NCBI RefSeq assembly: GCF_002113885.1
Contig: NW_018407883.1
Span: forward strand, 1,168,396 to 1,232,395
Direction of reading: 5' to 3'
From: Mizuhopecten yessoensis
Taxonomy: Eukaryota
DNA length: 64,000 nt
Shown: positions 50,587-64,000 of the stretch, piece after piece
Numbering within the stretch: the first letter of the stretch is position 1
Layout: each line of letters begins with the position of its first letter
Translations under genes and position numbers: made by a program
Notes under the pieces: model-generated
Told to the model about the DNA's origin: nothing
The model's database searches: none
The model's input: the letters and a program-made list of their open reading frames with translations, nothing else

Positions 50587-50747
50587 TTCTGTCTTTGCGT
50601 ATTCTCTTGTGAGCAGGTATTGATTGTTACGTCATTTGTTTGTGAGAGTAACGTCATAAATTTTGAGAAAACGACTTGATTTTCTCACACAAACCAATGA
50701 CGTAACAATCAATACCTGCTCACAAGGGAAGATAACTCTGTAATACG
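50587..50747. mobile_element. Fold-back MITE copy
   Basis: Same family as 55104-55289. Confidence 0.7.
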
Positions 50748-51734
50748 TCGTAAATTCAATTTCTGATCCTTTAATATTTCTTTCAGATTTCGATCAATTA
50801 ATATCCAAAAAGTTATTCAATTAAATAAGACCTAGATGCCACGGGCTTCAGTCTGATCTAGACTCTACAGCCTCGCGATAGCAAGTCACACATGGAACAT
50901 TCACAAAGAAAATTTCAACAATGACTAAACGATAGTATGACTGATAAATGGGAGAAATATAAAGGAACGACTTACGGTGACTGTGACAGCAGAGGCCTAG
51001 CTTGTCGATCCGGTACATTGATATAGCTCTGGACATCTTTGTTCGTATCGCTCACTGGAGAACATATTTTTTAAATGACCAACAATGGCTTTGCAGACAC
51101 TAGAGAGGGGATTACGCTAACAATAGTATCCTAATGTACACAGTGTGGTCTGTGTAAAGCGCTGTACCACCTCAAAAGAAAACTACATCACAATAACAAA
51201 TCGGAGATAGATCTAGAGGAGAGCTTACTCTTCTCCTCATGTACATGTGCTTCTGGAATTTTTTATTGACCCTTTGGTGTAAGTTTTACAAATTCAGAAA
51301 CACAGATATCAATTAATGTTGAGAAATCAAGTTAGCCAAGCTTCGATTAGTGGGTACAGCTACGGTAATCTATACAGCGTCACTGTATAAAGCTTAGCAA
51401 GCTTGACGATGCATCAAAATAAACGTTGAGACAATATTTTTGTGTAAAATTATAAAAGTGAAAACACAAAATATACTGTATATAAAATCTAATATTATCG
51501 CTCTCTATTGATACATAAGGAAACACGTATATGTTGACACAAACTATCAAAAAATCCAATTCGAAAAGTTGACGAAGAGCTGGACAAGGTATACGAAAAT
51601 GCAGCTTCTAACCTGACAAATGAATTTTAAGTTCGCTTAAATTATCAGAGGAATCATTAGTAGTTAACTGCTCATTAGTTCTTATGTCAAGCTCACACAT
51701 CTGTTTGTTCAGTGTACCAGAGACTTGCTTGTTT

Positions 51735-52575
51735 AGACATCCCTATTTTAACACAGAACTGACAGTAAATCTATTTTCCTATACCTGACGTTGTATGGAG
51801 TATCGTAACGAGCCGATCTATGTAAGCATTTCTCGGTTGTGTATGTAACAAGAATTTATCGTTTAATGGTTTGTGTTAAAGGGACTCGATCCTATCCTTA
51901 CTTATGCATTTTGCTTTAATGCTTTATTTCAGTATCGCCATTAAATATGTTTTGCTCTTCTCCATATGCATCCCCTGCCTGTCGGATGTTGAGAAAAGAA
52001 AGAATTTGTTGTTACCCACTGCATGTCGCGAGGGACAAAAGTAATTAAAATAAATCTTCTGCTGCGATTGCAAATTTCGGTATCTTTGTATTTTTCTCTA
52101 CTTCTAAACAACATTTTATTTGTAGGCTATCGTCTTTCAAAACCATACCTCTATTTTGACCTTTGTGTTGAACCAAAATTCTGGTGATTGTTACTCCGAC
52201 CTAAACGTGCTGTATTTATACTAATTGCAACAACTTGTTTACCCGTTGTCAGTATGATGTGCACGGTCGGCGTTCTGGGTTTCGTGCCTTCGTCATTGTA
52301 TATCAGTGAGGTAGCACTCCATTCGCGCTATCGTTATGAAGCAAATACACATTGGACCCCATACTATTATACCTTCTCCGTCACATACACACAAAAACAC
52401 ACATGCATGTAGGCACGTTCTTAGATGACAATTGCTGTTCATAGGACGTTTAAACCAATTATACCAAGATACACCGAACCCCTTCATTTGAAAGACTGCA
52501 ACATAATAGACATCCCTATTTTAACACAGAACTGACAGTAAATCTATTTTCCTATACCTGACGTTGTATGGAGTA
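51735..52575. repeat. Perfect 68-bp direct repeat (51735-51802 and 52508-52575) flanking SINE fragments
   Basis: agacatccctattttaacacagaactgacagtaaatctattttcctatacctgacgttgtatggagta occurs twice, 773 bp apart. A degenerate Meta-SINE (~52190-52460) lies between. Confidence 0.9.
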
Positions 52576-53822
52576 CTGAAGAAACTTGTTATTGTTTTAA
52601 TATGTGGCTTGAATTATTGACGAGCTTATAAGAACTGGTAACAAAAACCTTGGTAAGTCCTTCAATTTTACTTTCCGGTATATCGGTGATGTGCTGTCTT
52701 TCAATAATAAGATATTCATTGATCACTCTAATAGTATATACGTTTTTATAATAAAACAACTAGATTTAACAAACCTTAAATCTATTTTTGGTCCCGATGA
52801 AACGAGAATTAACAAATTTATTGTCAAAACATGTAAAATCCTAATGCACGTGCATTGGTTTAAGATGTATTAAAATTATAGGCAATTTTGTAATTATAAC
52901 TCATATTATCCGTACTACGGAGCCCCAAAAGGGACATGGTAAAACATTTACTAATCAGTGCGCACGAGTTGCCAAACCGTGCGCACGAATTAACAAAACG
53001 CCGTGCGTACCAGTTACCAGGAGTTATCTATCTGTTCTCATTAGTTCTTCCCCAACAACGGGAAGCCTACATAACGTAAGTATCGCGTACTTAACATACC
53101 TAAAAAGGCAGCTATGAAGATCTACTCGAGGAAATTTTTGATCATTTATTTGCTATTGATTAGCACCAAAATGTCAAAATATTTTGTGTTATTTATTGCA
53201 TACATTTTATAATTTTATAAACTGGAGCACTTTGGTTTGCCATTTCTCATTCAAATTCGTTTCCATGTGTATACTCTATATTAGGTGTGTTAGTATATTT
53301 CACAAACTGTGCATTATTGTATCGTTTCCCTCCGTGCTGTTTAAATCTTATGTCAACTTATCATAAAACGCAGTGACCCTATGAAAACAGACAGCAGTTT
53401 ACCCCTCCTTTTTTCCATAAACTATTCGTGACATTTGGCCTGGAGAAATTGGGTCGGTTAGGGTAAACTGCCCCGCCCATATTGTCATTATTGACACAAA
53501 TCTCGTCAAAGTTTTGATAGAATGGATGCACGTGTACATGACTGACACTGAATATTGTAACGGGTTTATCACCTAAACTTCCACTCTATAAGTGGTCTCT
53601 GTCAAGTTTTTATGAGGTATTTTTCAACACTGGTCACCTTTGACTATAGGTGAATGCAGATTGCGATACACCAATATTATTCGGGAGGGAAACCAGCCCG
53701 ATCCTATTCAGCCCCGTTACGTCTGCCCCGATCAATGCCACTCACCCTAGTCATTAGACCCCCGGTAACTAATCATAGTATTCTTGTAATTCTACCTCAT
53801 CCTTATAACCACGTGTCTGTTT

Positions 53823-54110
53823 TTTAGATGATACTGGTTATATGACAAAGTCCTTCAATTGCACATTCAGATATATATCAACGATGAACTGTATATGTAT
53901 ATCAAGAAATACATTGACCCACGTCGTTCCTATATACTCTTCAGTGCTTGAAATCAAGGATACCACAGACTCTTCAACTTCAGCCGCTTTTCGCGATCTT
54001 CACTTGCAACATGACCAACAGGGACGGCTAACTACTTAGCTGTATGATAAGCGGGAGGATTCCACTTTCCTGTCGTGAACTTTCACTTTCTCGAAAGCAA
54101 CATCCCTGAT
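53823..54110 (+). pseudogene. Penelope-like retroelement RT fragment
   Basis: KSFNCTFRYI..PIYSSVLEIKDTTDSSTSAAFRDLHLQHDQQGRLTT*LYDKREDFHFPVVNF; related to 26335-26830. Confidence 0.7.
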
Positions 54111-54339
54111 CCCCGACAACTCTGGCTACATATTCTGCTGGTGCTCCAATACCTGTTCAACGCAAGTGAATACGTTGAACCAAATAAGTGTGTACATGTA
54201 AGCACATCGCAAAGAGGTGCTGTGGTGTAACAGGGTCCATCGGCTTGTAATGGGTTTTCCAAGCGCAAAATAGAGTTTGTGGTATACGTTGAATTATATG
54301 CCCTGAAATCTGTTGCGATTGTATTTGAAAGTATACATG

Positions 54340-54712
54340 CATTTTATAGTTCAGACCGATGAGTATATCTCATACCTTTGAATACAACGTTTATATCGGA
54401 CATACCAAAGACCATAAAAATGATCGTTGTTATTCCCTGCTTACCGTTCAGCATTAAGGATAATGCCAACAACCGATTCACTCATTGTCAGTATATTGTG
54501 ACCGGGCGGAATGCTTTGCTGGATGCCTTCGGCATGGTATTTCAGTGAAATAGCACTATAAGTCGGCATCATATCTGCTCTATCACAAGGAGGCAATGAT
54601 ACCAACATTCCTTGCAACATGCACGCATACACAACATACATGAAGGCACCTCCTTAAATGACCTCAGCTGTTTATAGGACATTATACAAAATAAAACCCA
54701 AACCAAACCAAA
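54340..54712 (+). mobile_element. Meta-domain tRNA SINE
   Basis: gtcagtatattgtgaccgggcgg..ttcggcatggtatttcagtgaaatagcactataag..ttaaatgacctcagctgtt..aaaccaaaccaaa. Confidence 0.7.
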
Positions 54713-55103
54713 CGCTCAATCTATACATAAAAAGAAAAGAAATCGCACATGTATGTGTGTTCTGCTAGTGTGCTGGAGCAGTATTGGTATCCTGTTTTGC
54801 TGTGGAATTCAAACTTAACCTACTTCCATTTTTCCAACAGATTTAGATGTTACATCACAGAAACGAAAGCGCCCATTTCATCCCGAGTTGTACGGACAGG
54901 AGAAAAACAATCCTGCTTTCTGAAAAGACAAAGCTACGACAGCTTCGTCCGGACAAATGACGTAACAATCAATACCTGTTCTCAAGAGAAGATAACTTTG
55001 CAATACGCAAAGACGGAATAGCTGCATGTAGCAAATAAAAGACGTATTATTTAGGTTCGGTTAATTTGATTGTTTAATTACGAATATCTACCTGCAATCT
55101 TAA

Positions 55104-55289
55104 TTCCGTCTTTTCGTATTGCATAGTTATCTTCTCTTGTGAGCAGGTATTGATTGTTACGCCATTTGTTTGTGAGAGTAACGTCATCAATTCTTGAGAA
55201 AACGACGTAATTTTCTCAATCAAACCAATGACGTAATAATCAATACCTGCTCACAAAAGAAGATAACTCTGCAATACGCAAAGACGGAA
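55104..55289. mobile_element. Fold-back MITE copy; half copy at 54956-55018
   Basis: ttccgtcttttcgtattgca ... tgcaatacgcaaagacggaa. Confidence 0.8.
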
Positions 55290-56490
55290 TAGCCATTGCC
55301 CGAAGAAATGTTTAATGACAAATATGATTAGTGTTGCTTTTCGGGTAATGCGAATCTGTCATGCACGTGTCTTTACAAATAGGAGTACTCCCTCTAGACA
55401 ATTGGTAAATTCTATTATCTGCACTGTCGGTATCACATTACATATTGCTATCATAAACCAGACGGTTGTTTGTTCGGGTCCAGTGAGTACATTCGAACAT
55501 AATGTTGGTATCATTCATAATAACTATGGATATGTTTACAAATATTTAACTTATTCGGAGTTTGCATCACAATACATATTGTATTAGCATCTATGTTTGT
55601 GATTGTTTAAAGTGACTTGATAACATGCAAAGACTTTAATTCGCATAATGAAAGATAACACAGGCATTCTTTGTTCAAATTAAGTGATTTCAAAAACTGA
55701 TTCTCCTCACAAGTGAGTGAAAATGTTTGGAAACATAAATGAAAAAGAGGAGTAAAACCAAGTGAATTCTATTATCTGAACTGTCTGTATCACATTACAA
55801 CCTGTAAAACCGAGGGAATGGCTGGTATATTATAGATGTATGTCTTTCTGAATAAGAACGTCTCAATAAACTTACGCAGACAGCAAATATAATTTCTGAA
55901 AAATCATTTATTTGATTAAGTACGTTATCTGGCAAAATCATACAACTTTTACGCAACATAAAATCAAGTTTTATGTGTGTAGAAATAATGATAGCGTCTG
56001 TCATATGAGCTGTACTTGATTAAAAATAATTGTGTTTGGTTTTGTATTTACGATAGGACAGAAAAGATACTTTTCTGCACTAGGATAATGTGTGTCCATG
56101 CTTATGCAAAACATACTGAACACAAAACAGTATAAAAGTAACTATATTAACAATTTAAAAAGGTACATGCATTATGCTCATTTTTCGAAACTCTTGATAA
56201 AACATTTAAAATTGAAATTGAGGTAATTTGAGAGACTTAAATTGCAACCCAAATTAAGAAAACACTTGATATGTATATTTCTATATAAACGATAAACTTT
56301 AACTCAGTATTCCTGTAATTTTTTAACGTAATAAAAAGTTGGTCAATCTGAATTGTGAATTGTGTTTAGTTTTGACTTTAAACAACAGTTAAATCAACTT
56401 ATGATATGGAAAGCTAGGATGGTCATCTGATCAACACAAAAGAATGACACGTGATTTATACATTCCAGCATTTGCTCAAATTTATATAAC

Positions 56491-56526
<36 letters not shown>
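56491..56526. repeat. (GAT)n microsatellite
   Basis: About 12 GAT units. Confidence 0.95.
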
Positions 56527-56527
<1 letters not shown>

Positions 56528-57963
56528 GTAGTGAAGGTGATGATAAGCGGTACATAAGATCGGAATTTCGATACCTAAAGATTATTCTAAAATGAAAGTT
56601 GAATGCATTGTATAAAGTAAACGCGTTAAAAACCAAAACGAGAAAAATTATGCTTTAAAGACATTAAAATACAATCTGAGAAAGTACATGTACCGGTCCT
56701 TGTAAAATATCTTATCATCATTTCTTCGTATTGAAATCATATATATTTACACTTAATTATTCTGCATAGCGCTACTCCATTCATTTACCGTGTATAAAAT
56801 ATGTCGATAGAAATATTTTGATTTAATACATTTAATTATCTTGAATAGCTCTACTTGATTCGTTTAAATAAAAAATATAATGACTTCGTGCAGTTAAAAT
56901 ATCTGCAAGTAAAGCAATATCAAATTATAAAATCCAATTACATAAACACGAACATTCAGTAATATCACCGTCCTCAGTGTATGATGCTCAGTCAGCTTCA
57001 CAGAATTAGTTGTGATACTACCCATTTTCACATACAACATAATGACTTGATATACACGGTATACTGCAATTAAAATTGTTATTCAAATTTAAATTTATAG
57101 ACAATATTCAAATACAATAACCTGTTGTGTGTAGTACAGCACATCACTATTTTGAGTGTAACCATTTACTAAATGGCTAAGTCATAAAATCAATTCTACA
57201 TATATCTGCATGCTGATTAGTTTAATTAATTATTAATTGAAAATCAAAACAAAATATAAAAAAAGCACGAATCAAAGCATTTGTTCCTTTTCTTAGCACC
57301 ATCTCAATATCAAATTGGACTCAATGATTCTAATCTATTAGAAAACTATATTACATTGTTCTTAGGGATAAATGCTACCTTGTACACATGACATATGTAG
57401 GAGTTGTTTACCAGTGCTTATTTCAACAACATGTATGTTATCAATCAACTTTACATAGTCCCTATTAACATAATTAAAAAAATATTTTCCGTTTTTTGTT
57501 GTTGAACTATTCTTGAAAAGATAAGGTTGCATACGTCCCTAATTGTGTCTAAATACGGCACTTGATTATTGTTTAAGCTTATAATAAGAAACATACAAAA
57601 TTTGACAATTTGACCAGATTAGCTCCATATTCTACTAAATGTAAAGTTACCAGAAATGTTCAGTGTTGCTTGTTCTGCATTGGTGAGTGGTGTTATCAGA
57701 AAGCTGTTTACAGAAACGGTAGTGGTATGTCCCTCCATTCCAAATTAAAGCCATATGATGTTATGAACTGTACAAGCACTTTTGTTTTGTTATACAAATA
57801 GCCTTTTAGAATTTGCAACGTAAGGTTAATAAATTCTCGAAATATTCAGCTCTATAGCTATAAACATACAATTGAGCCGTTTTGCGAGTCACAGTGACTC
57901 ATTAAAATGATTCTATTTTCGGTTCTGGTCAAATATCTTCTTTAAGGCATAAACGGTGGTAAA

Positions 57964-58034
57964 CAGTGGCGGATCCAGAGACCTATCTGGGGGGNGCGGT
58001 CCTGAAGCCCAAAAACCCCCTGGGTCCGCCACTG
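57964..58034. mobile_element. 71-bp mini-MITE with 15-bp TIRs
   Basis: cagtggcggatccag / ctgggtccgccactg (1 mismatch); no clear TSD. Confidence 0.6.
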
Positions 58035-58906
58035 CTACATGCAAGTACGCGGTATGATATAAACAAGAGAAAATGAACTGCATTATTTGAACTCCTACAA
58101 AATTGACTCCCGACTACAAAATTATTTGCTGCAATACATATTTACATAAATTTGTAACAAAATACATGAAAACATATAGAGAGCTCCATGGATCTTTAAG
58201 TACATGTACAGGCACTGACGATCAGTTCACGTGCCTTTGCTTGCTGTCTCCCGCCACGCTACCCCCACCTACAATCGTCCACATTAGCTAGGGGGAGACT
58301 ACCCATCATCGTCCACGGAGTAAGGTGTAGGTTCATAAATTTGGAACAAATTTCTGTTGCTACCTGCAAAGAAATTTGATCAGTTTCAGAAAATTGGTTT
58401 GCCCAAGCTTATTTGTTTTAATTCAGATGTTTTCTTTTATTTAAGAATTCCATGGGCAACAAAGGGTAGCTCGTAGAATAATGAGTCATAATATTGAATT
58501 CATGTTTACTTAGTTAAATTTCTAGTGATTATATTCATTATTTTTATCTGTAATTTGAAAACAAAGATATTGGGAAATTTATATAAGAAAAAATATATAT
58601 TAGGATATCGTTTTTTTCTTATATACATTTCCCAATAACTTAATCATTGGCAAACAATAGAAATGCAATTGATTTATCAGGAAAAGATTCATCAAATCTG
58701 GCTTTTTGCCCGTAAATTTACATGTCTTGTCATGCCCTTATTTCAGTTTCGATAAATCGAGATGAAGAATCCTAAATGTTGCTCACATGAATAAAAATAA
58801 AGAATAAAATAAACCATTGACTATATGAATTAACATTTTAGACGAGAAGATTTTTTTTTATGTCAAATGCATATATAATAGCAAAATGAAATATTTAAGA
58901 AACTGT

Positions 58907-59020
58907 GGCCACTTGTATAAAACATCTCAAAGTTAAGGAACATCTCAAACAATGTATTGTCTATGGGAAATCTTAGACTTGAGGAAATCACAAGAGTTGA
59001 GATGTTTTATACAAGTGGGC
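58907..59020. mobile_element. Short MITE with ~22-bp TIRs
   Basis: ccacttgtataaaacatctcaa / ttgagatgttttatacaagtgg. Confidence 0.65.
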
Positions 59021-59265
59021 TCTGGTAACTAAGTTACAAGCAACCTAACCTGTGTCAACTTGTTTTAAAACATTTTTTATCTCAATTTTTTTTTAAAGTT
59101 TTCTGAAATTAAGTCACATGCACTTTCATGATAGGAAAAGAAACTGTGTAGCATGTTAAGATGAACAGGTATGATAAAAGCAGCCATGCAGCGTGTTGGG
59201 AGGACAGTCGTAAATGTTAGGTAGAGAGACGCAGCAGGAAGCAAAGAAAGCAGTCAAGGTGTATA

Positions 59266-59450
59266 TTCCGTCTTTGCGTATTGCAGAGTTATCTGCTCTT
59301 GTGAGCGAGTATTGATTGTTATGTCATTTGTTTGTGAAAGTAACGTCATCAATTTTTGTGAAAACGACGTTATTTTTTCACACAAACCAAAGACGAAAAA
59401 TCAATACCTACTCACAAGAGAAGATAACTCTGCAATATGCAAAGACGGAA
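59266..59450. mobile_element. Fold-back MITE copy flanked by TA
   Basis: TA|ttccgtctttgcgtattgcagagttatc ... gataactctgcaatatgcaaagacggaa|TA. Confidence 0.8.
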
Positions 59451-61960
59451 TACGTAATGAAGACCAATTAGGACAACAGGTAAATACACACACTGGTAGA
59501 GGCCAATGAATGATACGGGTGTTAGTCAATGAATGATTGTATGAATGAATGAGTATGAAATGCTGATAGGAAAATAACACATTTTTATAAATTACATTAA
59601 TTAAAGTCAAATTACCGGAACACTTGTCATGATAATAAAGCTAACATCACAGATCAACTCCACCAACTTTTTATTGCGTGACGTTTCTCCATTTAGAAGA
59701 TTGAATACCATGTGTTTCTTGTCAGATTGCAATGACATTTGTTCGCGTCTGTTTTACTGTCGATATCCATGCTTTAACTGGCCTTTCACATAGTTTATGA
59801 ATAAGCTTACATGCGTAATTCCAAACTTGTTAGAGTGATTGAAAACTGACAACATTTCATCGGATACCTTTTTATTGAATAACTATTATTTATTTCTGTG
59901 TTACAAAATTCATATCGGTCATACTATCAATATTGGAAATTAATGCAGTTTGTTTCTTTTACAAAGAAATCTAGTCATATATTGTCATAAATGCATAGCG
60001 TATATCCTTATCTAAAGTAACAAAAGTAGATTGATATATGGCAACCAAGGAACAACTATTTACAAGTATATATAGTACATTATATACATTGCAGTTATAT
60101 ACAAAAACTACTCCTACGTACCAGGTAAATGTTTATTTACATCTTTACCAATTGCAAGAGACTGCGTTTTGCCTGAATGAATGCACTGTTCATAATGTAT
60201 TAATTATTAGTTGGACCAACCAGGAGATGAATTACGCTTTAATATTGTAATTTAATGATTAGTGCGATAACAGTACACAATGCAGTTCGTATAACAATCA
60301 TCAAGGATTTTCTTTTGTCACCTTATCATTAGACTTAGTGGAGTTTATTGTCCAAACGTCCAAATAACAAATCAATTTTATTTTTTATTTTAATCTTTAA
60401 TACCAATAATGAGTGACATATTGTAAAAAATGAATATTTTGATGAATATCTTTTTCTTTTCTTTCTACATAAAATATTCCGGATACTAATTGAGCTTGAA
60501 TAGGCCAATTTAGTCATAAATAGCTGCACACGGATGTCATAAGAAAAACAAATTTCACAACATAATATGATGGTAGTTTTTCCATTGTATATCACCCTTG
60601 TTTAAATAATAAAACATTACATAAACTCAACTTGTAATCTGTCTGGTAATCTTGCGTTTTGTAATTTTATTAAAATAAACCATCAATGAGTGTGAGATTT
60701 TAAAATTATAACCAATCATCATTGCACATACAAATATACTACAATTTGTTAAAGTTACTATTATGGTGCACCAATATAATACACTTCAACCAAGCATACA
60801 TGTATGACACCAGCATGTGCTTAGCTGCCCAAACAGAAAACAAAACAAACAAATTCACTGCTGTTGTACCCCTTGTCCCCTACAAAGGCCATGCCCTGGA
60901 CCCGCTCCAAAATTAACCCACACTGAACAAACGTTAGCCACGTGCATGTCCAGTGATAATGTACATGGTTGGTCAAAGTCTCAGATAACAAAAAATGTTA
61001 TTATTTAACTAGTTTATATCATGTTAGTAAAACAAAAAGGAAATTTGCACCATTTATATATATATATATATATATATATGTACATAGGACATTAAAGAGA
61101 GTTGGAGTTATGAGTGACGGATGTATACTAAACTTAATAGGAAATAATGGGAAGGCATGCTTTGTCATTATCTATAAGCATACACAGTAAGGGTTAGAGA
61201 AAGATGTTCTATTAACACAAAATGTCAAGACATCAAAATGGGGAATAGGGAAGGGGAATCTTAAAAAAAGTGTTTTAGTTTCAAGTGCACATTATTGTTC
61301 TTCCACATTTTGTCAAAACCAGCTGTAGCAACCCATTCCAAAGCTCTAGGTATAGTCAATACTGACCAAAGCTCTAAGATACAGGCCAACACCAGTAAGT
61401 TCATGACCTCCTAAATTGCACAACTGTGAAGTTGATATTAGCATATGTTCCTTACATATACATAGTGTAGTTGATATAGCTACATCATTTTTGTCTGGGT
61501 TAATGGAAATGTCTGGGTTATCAGTGTTCACTGAGATGATACTTTTAGATTAATTAAATTCTTCATTTTAAAGAAACTCCTCATATTGTTTATTTCCTAT
61601 AAAGTTTGATTAACATCTATTTAAATAATCTATAATGGCAAGTGCTTGGTTTTATAAATAAGACGGACATTCCAGTTTTTTATATACACTAGAGAGTACA
61701 GTTGGGGAAATTTCCTTGCAAATGGGGTAATTAATAATTACCCTTTTTCTGATGAAATTTCCCCAAGGACAGTTTATTTCCCCATTTTTAGTTTAATTTT
61801 TATCATTAATAATTACAATGATCAGTGTTTTAGTTGCTAATTTAATATTAATATATGTCAAAATCTAGGCTACAATAATTATAAATATATACCCATCTGT
61901 CTCGAGTACAGAATCCAGAAAATGTTCTCATGTGATGGCCATGATTAAATTAGATCTTAA

Positions 61961-62043
61961 CCCATTCACCCCTAAAGTCACATTTGTACCTTACCAAATC
62001 AAAGACAGGAAAAGTTCAGTTTAAATATGTAGGGATGAATGAG
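61961..62043. mobile_element. piggyBac-like mini-MITE with TTAA flanks
   Basis: ttaa|cccattcacccct ... agggatgaatgag|ttaa. Confidence 0.55.
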
Positions 62044-63636
62044 TTAAAAAGATAAAATACACGAATTTATTTCTCGGAGTTTCTTTTATATATTTCCTTA
62101 GAGTATATGAGCGTACCACATCAAATTGGTCCCCTTGATATTTTGGATATATATAAATTACCTGCGAATTCTAGGAAAAAAATATTTGATCTTCATTTTC
62201 ATCAATGTTTCAGAATATGTAAACTCTTATTTAATTGTTATTTTAAATTTTTAATTACACTGAGATTATCAAACCAATGGCCAGTATAGTTCAATGTGTG
62301 TTTTGAAAAAAACCACTTTGAAATTAATAATCATATTACTAAAACCTTTAAGTATTAAAGTACATGCTCGCATTTGACCATCAAAATGTAATATTTATAA
62401 GTACCTAGAGGGCTGTTATTGAAAATCTACAATAGCATCTAAAATTAATCTAAATTGCATACGAGTTAAATATCATAAATGAGTTAAAGCTAAGTTACAT
62501 AATTATATTGTACACATATATATAAGGATATTACACATTCTATTTATAGCCAGTACATTAAAATATGTATCATTAAGTAATATATGTTGAGTATAAAATT
62601 ACATTTGGTTAAATTCCTACTCAATTTCGACGGTAACTAACTTTCTAAATGATATCGATGAAATATATGATTGTGCATATATCCTGAAATTTTTGATGAT
62701 TGGGAATTTTTACAATGGACAACAATATTCAATTTTGTACAATAAAATAAAAGAACTTTTTGTGATGCATTTATGAAGCTTTAAAAAAATGTTGGGATGA
62801 GGGATCGATATATGTCGTGATTTTGATCAGATATATGTTAAATTCTTGGAAAATTGAAAGTTCTTGTAAGATCAGCAGTAATTATTTATCTATATGCCTC
62901 CAAAATCATCAGTATAGATATAGGTAAGAAAACAGTTTAATTTTTTAAATATTTTTACAAAAGTTAGAGAGCAGCAAGAACTAAATTATAGAAAACACTT
63001 GTCCTAAATTCAAATAAATTTATGGTATATTATATATCAAGTACCCTTTAAAAATTATAATATTCTCACGGATATCAAATTATTTTCCTGAAAAAAAAAC
63101 CTTCCATGAAAAGAGTAAAATTCCATCTATCAATTTGCACCAATAATGATCATGATCGGACGAGCAAACTGACACAAAATAACTTTTCAATAATTTAACA
63201 AGTTACATATATTTTTGTTGTAAAGAACAGAATTTTTGCAGTCTTAATCATATAGGTATTTCCTTGAATAAAATAGTTGAGTTTGAGAACATCATTGCAT
63301 AATTGAAATTCAAAAAAAAATCAAAAAAATCATGCCCTACAACATATTTACTGTTTGTCACTTCAGACATCAATTAAATTTTGCTGCATATAAATAAAAT
63401 ATCATGATTTGCATCTTAGTTTAGTTTAGACTCTACTTATTTATTCAAGGAAACTTGAAAAGATACATCCAGTCCCAATTTCTCAAAAAAAACAGAAAGA
63501 AGGAAAAAGAAAAATCAAGGTGGTCTTGCTATGCTGGATATGAATAACCTACATTTAACCATAAAACATTTTCTGATTTTTAGATTTTCCTTTTTTCCCC
63601 TTTGTTTTTTGTTGAGAAAATGGTTCAGAAACAGAA

Positions 63637-64000
63637 TTAGATATTGATTTCGCCAGGATTTGTTTTTGTATACCCGATATTGGCGAAAGCAGAGTGGTTC
63701 AGTTTCCCTGGAATTGGGCTGGAACCAAGGTCAGGCACTTCTCTTAGCATGTGATAACGGGTGTCGTGGTACTCCCGACAGGTACAGCAAGCCTGAATCC
63801 ACATGCAGACTGTTCCAAGTATGGAAAAGAAAACTCCAATGCATGCTATGTATGTCCCATAATTAATGGAAACATCTGGAACAGAGATCAGTACTTTGTA
63901 AAACCCAAACCGGTTTGGTTGATAATCCGGAACAGGGAGACCATGCCATTCTGCCTGGGTGTCCGCAATTACTGACAAGAATACGAGGATTATTGACGTC
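63637..64000 (-). CDS. Last coding exon of a multi-pass membrane protein (claudin/PMP22-like), open to the window edge
   Basis: The frame is open from 63999: hydrophobic TSIILVFLSVIA, a loop, then YGTYIACIGVFFSILGTVCMWIQACC (TM plus Cys cluster) and a cytoplasmic tail ending EINI*. A long AT-rich UTR-like region follows. Confidence 0.65.
   Translation of the reverse strand, partial: TSIILVFLSVIADTQAEWHGLPVPDYQPNRFGFYKVLISVPDVSINYGTYIACIGVFFSILGTVCMWIQACCTCREYHDTRYHMLREVPDLGSSPIPGKLNHSAFANIGYTKTNPGEINI

Overview
Repeat-rich, AT-rich eukaryotic genomic DNA, not prokaryotic. The repeat complement (CORE-, V- and Meta-type tRNA SINEs, Helentron-type non-autonomous elements, a tRNA-bearing TRIM) suggests a bivalve mollusc; this is an inference. 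Host genes are all on the minus strand: one exon of a GT32/DXD-type glycosyltransferase (~9.0-9.4 kb); two tandem, divergent calmodulin-like 4-EF-hand genes (gene A 44708-47249, complete, 175 aa; gene B 28671-31035, 5' exon not found) that keep the calmodulin intron pattern; and the last exon of a claudin/PMP22-like membrane protein at the right edge. The rest is mobile DNA and tandem repeats: RTE-X-like LINE and Penelope-like RT remnants, an AcademX-type (transposase + XPG-like) remnant, many MITEs, and arrays with 303, 72, 22, 41, 20 and 33 bp units. The most notable structures are (i) a tandem array of a miniature LTR retroelement (6 LTRs, 5 internal PBS/PPT segments, 249-bp period) whose LTRs carry a tRNA-like Pol III cassette (17826-19229), and (ii) a hAT-derived element with a 5-bp TSD inserted in a G-quadruplex-rich 303-bp satellite that is bounded by Helentron-type ends. 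All family assignments come from motif recognition by eye; no searches were run.
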